From: Candidatus Binatia bacterium
GTDB lineage: Bacteria; Desulfobacterota; Binatia; Bin18
Length of the DNA stretch: 59,474 nucleotides
Assembly (NCBI GenBank): GCA_022824615.1
Contig: JAJDZM010000225.1
Location: forward strand, 1 to 59,474
Reading direction: 5' to 3'
Below, one piece after another: positions 55,546-59,474 of this stretch (its first letter is position 1; every line of letters begins with the position of its first letter). Under the pieces are notes generated by a model. It was not told the origin of the DNA. It ran no database searches and saw only the letters and a program-made list of their open reading frames with translations. Position numbers and translations under genes: made by a program.

Positions 55546-57306
55546 ATGCTGCGTGAGTACCGGCTGACCAACTTCAAAGCCTTCGGCGAAACCGTCACCA
55601 TCCCCATTCGCCCCCTCACGCTTATCTTTGGTGCAAACTCGTCCGGCAAAAGCTCGATCTTCCAGTCGTTGTTGCTCCTGAAGCAGACACTTGAAGAAGC
55701 CAAAAACCCGAAGACTGCTCTACTCCCCAAAGGTAGCTTGGTTGATTTGGGGACGTATTCTGACTTCGTTCATGGTCATGACACCACTCTAAATTTCGAG
55801 GTTGACGCGCTGTTCGATGACGTGGAGAACTCAAATCTACATATTGAGTTTCGTTATGATAAAAAGCTCAAGAACCCGGGTCGGGTCATAACTTTGAGAG
55901 GAGATAGTTACCAGAATCGAAATGATGCGCGACCTGCAATTTCATGGTCACTGAAGTTATTTGAACGGAATGACAAGGGAGCTTTTAAGTCTATCATTGA
56001 ACCGGCCAAAGAGGAGACGGACAAAGAGCAAGCTGAATACACTAGGAGCGTTATCAGGAGATCGGTGCCGGATAGAGTGAAAGCTGAAGATGCGCTGGCT
56101 AAACTGGATAAAGAATATGCTCAGGAGGTTGAGGCCCTGTGGGCGAAAGAGTCAGAGTTGGTAGGAGCCGATAGTAAAAGTTTTGGTATGTTTCAGGTTG
56201 ACTTTGGGCCGGATTCTGCGCGCTGTTGGTGGGATAAAATTAAAAAATCCCTTGAAGCAGAATTTATTGGGAAGGCGTATGCCGTGGACTTTGATGAAGA
56301 GTCGTATAACCCTGAAGATTTCTTTCGGGATTTTTTAGCTGACTATCCACTAGATCAGATTGTTCAATCCTTGAGAACAGGTGTTGTCTTCGATCTTCGC
56401 CGTACTAATTTTTCACCAACCGATATTAAGGGACTCTCAGAATTTCTAGGAGTCCCAGGAGAGGATAACATTTTTCGAGCAGAATCGTACGGTTGGACGA
56501 CATGGCAAACAGAGGAGTACCCATTTAGGAAAGAGGGTGAGTCCTATAGGCAGTCTCTTGGAGCTTATGTCCTCCCTCCAATGTTCCTTCCCGTCTGTTC
56601 AAAATTTAGTGATACCCTCAAAAATCTCCTGTACCTGGGGCCTTTGCGGAGTCAGCCGGAACGCTATTACACATTCAGTGGCGACACGACTGACTATGTT
56701 GGCCAATCAGGCGAATACCTGTCTTCTCTCCTTTTCGAGGATCAGGAATTAGTAGAACAAATTAACAGCGACCTGGAACGGCTTGGCGTAAAATACCAAG
56801 TAAAACTTGACAAACTGCAATACGAAGACAAGAGCCCAAGCAACGTATTTTCCCTTCGCTTAGTTGATACGGAAACCAAGACAGATGCTAGCCTGCGGGA
56901 TGTCGGCTTCGGCATCAGTCAAGTCCTGCCTATCGTCGTGCAAAGTCGACTTTCCGAAAAGAAGACGCTGTTAATTGAACAACCGGAAATCCATCTTCAC
57001 CCCGCTCATCAGGCCGAACTCGGAGACTTGTTTATCAGGTCTGCTAAGGAACGGGGCAACACCCTTCTTTTGGAGACGCATAGCGAACATCTGCTACTGA
57101 GAATCATGCGACGGATGCGTGAGACGAGTACGGGCAAACTCTCCGAAGGTGCCATTGCAGTCCGACCGGAGGACGTAATGGTGCTCTTTGTAGAGTCAGA
57201 CGGCTCGCAGAGCGTCGTTCGCGAGATGCCGCTCGACGAGCGTGGCGAGCTTGTGAAGGCGTGGCCGGGCGGATTTTTCGAGGAAGGCTTGCGAGAAATC
57301 TTCTGA
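55546..57306 (+). CDS. ABC/AAA_21-type ATPase with DUF3696-like C-terminus
   Basis: NFKAF, GANSSGKSS, YLGPLR, DVGFGISQVLP, IEQPEIHLHP, ETHSEH and WPGGFFE motifs. Confidence 0.88.
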   Translation: MLREYRLTNFKAFGETVTIPIRPLTLIFGANSSGKSSIFQSLLLLKQTLEEAKNPKTALLPKGSLVDLGTYSDFVHGHDTTLNFEVDALFDDVENSNLHIEFRYDKKLKNPGRVITLRGDSYQNRNDARPAISWSLKLFERNDKGAFKSIIEPAKEETDKEQAEYTRSVIRRSVPDRVKAEDALAKLDKEYAQEVEALWAKESELVGADSKSFGMFQVDFGPDSARCWWDKIKKSLEAEFIGKAYAVDFDEESYNPEDFFRDFLADYPLDQIVQSLRTGVVFDLRRTNFSPTDIKGLSEFLGVPGEDNIFRAESYGWTTWQTEEYPFRKEGESYRQSLGAYVLPPMFLPVCSKFSDTLKNLLYLGPLRSQPERYYTFSGDTTDYVGQSGEYLSSLLFEDQELVEQINSDLERLGVKYQVKLDKLQYEDKSPSNVFSLRLVDTETKTDASLRDVGFGISQVLPIVVQSRLSEKKTLLIEQPEIHLHPAHQAELGDLFIRSAKERGNTLLLETHSEHLLLRIMRRMRETSTGKLSEGAIAVRPEDVMVLFVESDGSQSVVREMPLDERGELVKAWPGGFFEEGLREIF

Positions 57307-58244
57307 TGTCCCTGCTGGCCGACTACGCGCTCACGCCGGATGTTTTCGACCTGACTTCGTACTCGAACGAGGACGCCTGCCGCGCATACATCGAGCTTAT
57401 TCGAGAACCGCTCCTCACCGAAGGGCTCGTTCGAGACCTTCGGAAGGGGGAGTGGAGGCGGCTTTTCAATGACGACCGTCGTCCCTGGCATCAACGAGGC
57501 AAAGAACTCGTTAAGAAGCTATTCACCCAACAGCGACTGATCGAATTTGGGCCTGCCTTGAGCAACAGACCCGTCGAAGACCAAGATTGGTGCGTCGAGG
57601 CGCTTGCTACTCACCAACTGTTCCGATTTACGGGTGGAATAATCTCGACCGAAGCGGTCAAGAACGCATATCCTGATGAGCCGCTTGTTGCCAGAATTGA
57701 CCGACTTGGGAGCGCGCAGTGGTGGGCGTCACGAAGTCCGTCTGTCCGTCCGTATCGCACGACCGAGGACTACAAGGAACATCTTGACTTGGTTCTGCGC
57801 CACTCCAACTCGCTCCTGTTCATTGATCCTTACCTTGATCCCACGAAACGACAATATCAGAGGTTTCACGAACTCCTTGTCCACGCGGGCAACCGCACCC
57901 CATCGCCGCTAATTGAAATTCACCGAGTGTGGTACGAAGGATCAGGGCCGGGCCAAAGGGATGTTCGAGAAAGTCTGGTGTCGAATTTTCGAGAGAGACT
58001 CGAAAGTCCTCTGTGTTCTGCTGGTCTTCAAATCGAAGTCTTTGTTTGGGACGACTTCCACGATCGCTACCTGATTAGCAATCTGATGGGGATATCACTA
58101 CCCAACGGCTTTGATACCACGGCGAAGCCGAACGACCGTACTACCTGGAATCGCCTTGGACGCGACGACCGGGACGACGTCCAGCGCGAGTTCGACAAGG
58201 CCAGCAAGCGACACACACTACATAGGCAGTTCACGATTCCGTAG
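57306..58244 (+). CDS. Protein with C-terminal PLD-like (MIT_C-type) domain, putative effector
   Basis: FIDPYL...FHDRYLI...LPNGFD; TGATG stop/start overlap with the ATPase. Confidence 0.6.
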   Translation: MSLLADYALTPDVFDLTSYSNEDACRAYIELIREPLLTEGLVRDLRKGEWRRLFNDDRRPWHQRGKELVKKLFTQQRLIEFGPALSNRPVEDQDWCVEALATHQLFRFTGGIISTEAVKNAYPDEPLVARIDRLGSAQWWASRSPSVRPYRTTEDYKEHLDLVLRHSNSLLFIDPYLDPTKRQYQRFHELLVHAGNRTPSPLIEIHRVWYEGSGPGQRDVRESLVSNFRERLESPLCSAGLQIEVFVWDDFHDRYLISNLMGISLPNGFDTTAKPNDRTTWNRLGRDDRDDVQREFDKASKRHTLHRQFTIP

Positions 58245-58278
58245 TGCCAAGTTGCTGATAGAGAAACGGAGCGAACAC

Positions 58279-58740
58279 TCACAACAGCCGAAACTGCCGC
58301 AATACATCTGCTACCCGTTCGTCGCTCTTGCCCAGGGAGCGGAAGGCTTCGAGCAGGGAGTGCAGGCTCTCGCGGTCACGGGCTAACTCTTCTTCCATGG
58401 CCTGCACCTTGCTCTCGAACGGTCGGACCATCGTCCGGCGGTCCCACAGGGCAAAGCCAATCGTCACCGCCACGAGGGCGGTAAAGGCTCCGAGAATCCC
58501 GAGCATGAGTTGAGACAGGCGGTCAAACTGCGCATTCATATCTTGTCGAAGTTGAGCAATGGTGGCAGTGTTGGCGTCGATTTTTGCCACCAAGTGGCTT
58601 TGCCCTGCTTCCAGCTTTGTCAAGCGTTCAATGATCTCCCGGTCGGAGAGGGGCGGGGCGGTCTCAAGGGCTTCCACCTTGATTGGACCTAGCAGGGCCA
58701 GGAACATAAGGAGGGCTGCCGTTTCGCCAAATCTCAGCAT
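58279..58740 (-). CDS. Hypothetical membrane protein with coiled coils
   Basis: Signal-like N-terminus, EIIERLTKLEAGQ coiled coil, one TM segment, WDRRT motif. Confidence 0.7.
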   Translation of the reverse strand: MLRFGETAALLMFLALLGPIKVEALETAPPLSDREIIERLTKLEAGQSHLVAKIDANTATIAQLRQDMNAQFDRLSQLMLGILGAFTALVAVTIGFALWDRRTMVRPFESKVQAMEEELARDRESLHSLLEAFRSLGKSDERVADVLRQFRLL

Positions 58741-58799
58741 AATATTTATGAAACGGGACTGAGGGGGAGAAGTCAACCGGCGATCGTGCCTCCACTCTC

Positions 58800-58836
58800 C
58801 CCCTCACCCCATCCCTCTCCCTCCAGGGGAGAGGGA
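58800..58836 (-). repeat. REP-like repeat, copy 4 (inverted)
   Basis: Reverse complement reads TCCCTCTCCCCTGGAGGGAGAGGGATGGGGTGAGGGG. Confidence 0.8.
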
Positions 58837-58923
58837 GCGGTATACCAACCGGCGGCTCGCCCAAGCTTGTATAGGGACCGAGAAGCGCATATGAAGTGAC
58901 GGGTACAAAAAACGGAGGAAGAC

Positions 58924-59474
58924 ATGCAGGCAGCGAGCGATGTGACAACGAGCGATTATGGGACCGCTGAATCGGCCATGCAGGCGTATCTGCGCGAAGG
59001 GGAGAAACGGGCCTATGCGCTCGATAATCGTGGCCCGATTCGTTTTCACGCCGATGGCAGGGTCCACACCGACATTCTTGATGCCTATTGGAAATATGGC
59101 TTCTATGTCTTCGAAGGGGTGCTCAAGCAAGAGGAACTGAACGATATCGAAGCCGACCTGTTCGACATCATGGAACGTCTCCCGACCGAGCGGGGCTCTG
59201 CGGTCGATGCTCAGGGGCGTCCGGCCTTGGGGGCTGATTGTGAGGCGCGGACGCTGTTCTGGTCCAAACCGCTCGGCGACCCTTTTGGCGGGACCGATCT
59301 CGCCAACGGTCGCCATCCGGTCAAAATGCTGGAGCCCACCCCGGCTACCGGTCTGCCCCAGGAAGTAGTCTATCTCATCATCGGCTCGCTTCAATTTTCC
59401 GAAGCCAGCCTCCGCACCTATGCCCATCCGCAGCTCCTGGCCGTGGCGGCAGCCGTCAACGGTGAGGATTTTGT
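58924..59474 (+). CDS. Phytanoyl-CoA dioxygenase family protein (3'-truncated by window edge; absent from the ORF track)
   Basis: GGAGG RBS; open frame MQAASDV...NRGPIRF...YWKYGFYVFEGVL...YAHPQLLAVAAAVNGEDF running off the end. Confidence 0.72.
   Translation, partial: MQAASDVTTSDYGTAESAMQAYLREGEKRAYALDNRGPIRFHADGRVHTDILDAYWKYGFYVFEGVLKQEELNDIEADLFDIMERLPTERGSAVDAQGRPALGADCEARTLFWSKPLGDPFGGTDLANGRHPVKMLEPTPATGLPQEVVYLIIGSLQFSEASLRTYAHPQLLAVAAAVNGEDF

Noticed and set aside
55546-58244. PARIS, Septu, Gabija or Menshen assignment
   Set aside because: The partner shows no TOPRIM, HNH or helicase motifs, and no DUF262/ParB-like gene is present.
58804-59427. 207-aa minus-strand ORF
   Set aside because: It is antisense to a plus-strand phytanoyl-CoA dioxygenase-like frame that has an RBS and runs off the window.
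1-59474. CRISPR array, tRNA, rRNA or integron attC array
   Set aside because: No regularly spaced repeat-spacer units, cloverleaf sequences or rRNA-like tracts were seen by eye; the REP-like repeats are dispersed. A covariance-model scan was not possible.

Overview
A GC-rich (most genes ~55-65%) bacterial chromosomal segment. Its mix of luciferase-like monooxygenases, amidohydrolases, SnoaL proteins, SDRs, Uma2 genes and a repeat-containing secreted protein suggests a Binatia/Tectomicrobia-like, possibly sponge-associated organism (inference only). It is mostly catabolic genes: a tungsten AOR, a xanthine-dehydrogenase-family trimer, a bis-MGD oxidoreductase and ring-cleavage dioxygenase-like proteins. 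Several accessory modules are inserted. (1) A 2.65-kb IS1-family element with perfect 21-bp terminal inverted repeats carries a DUF4258/HTH toxin-antitoxin-like pair with its own operator. (2) A low-GC four-gene cassette encodes a small protein, a Rad50/SMC-like ATPase, a PD-(D/E)XK nuclease and a DUF4238-like protein. (3) An RtcR/CARF-like sigma-54 activator faces a consensus -24/-12 promoter that drives an ABC/DUF3696-type ATPase and a PLD-like (HDR) protein. Notable enzymes are a nitrile hydratase alpha subunit fused to its activator with no beta gene nearby, a close NicA2 (nicotine oxidoreductase) homolog with oxidase-like substitutions, and a tandem pair of 3-hydroxyanthranilate-dioxygenase-like proteins. 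No rRNA, tRNA or CRISPR array was seen. Family assignments come from motif recognition, not database searches.
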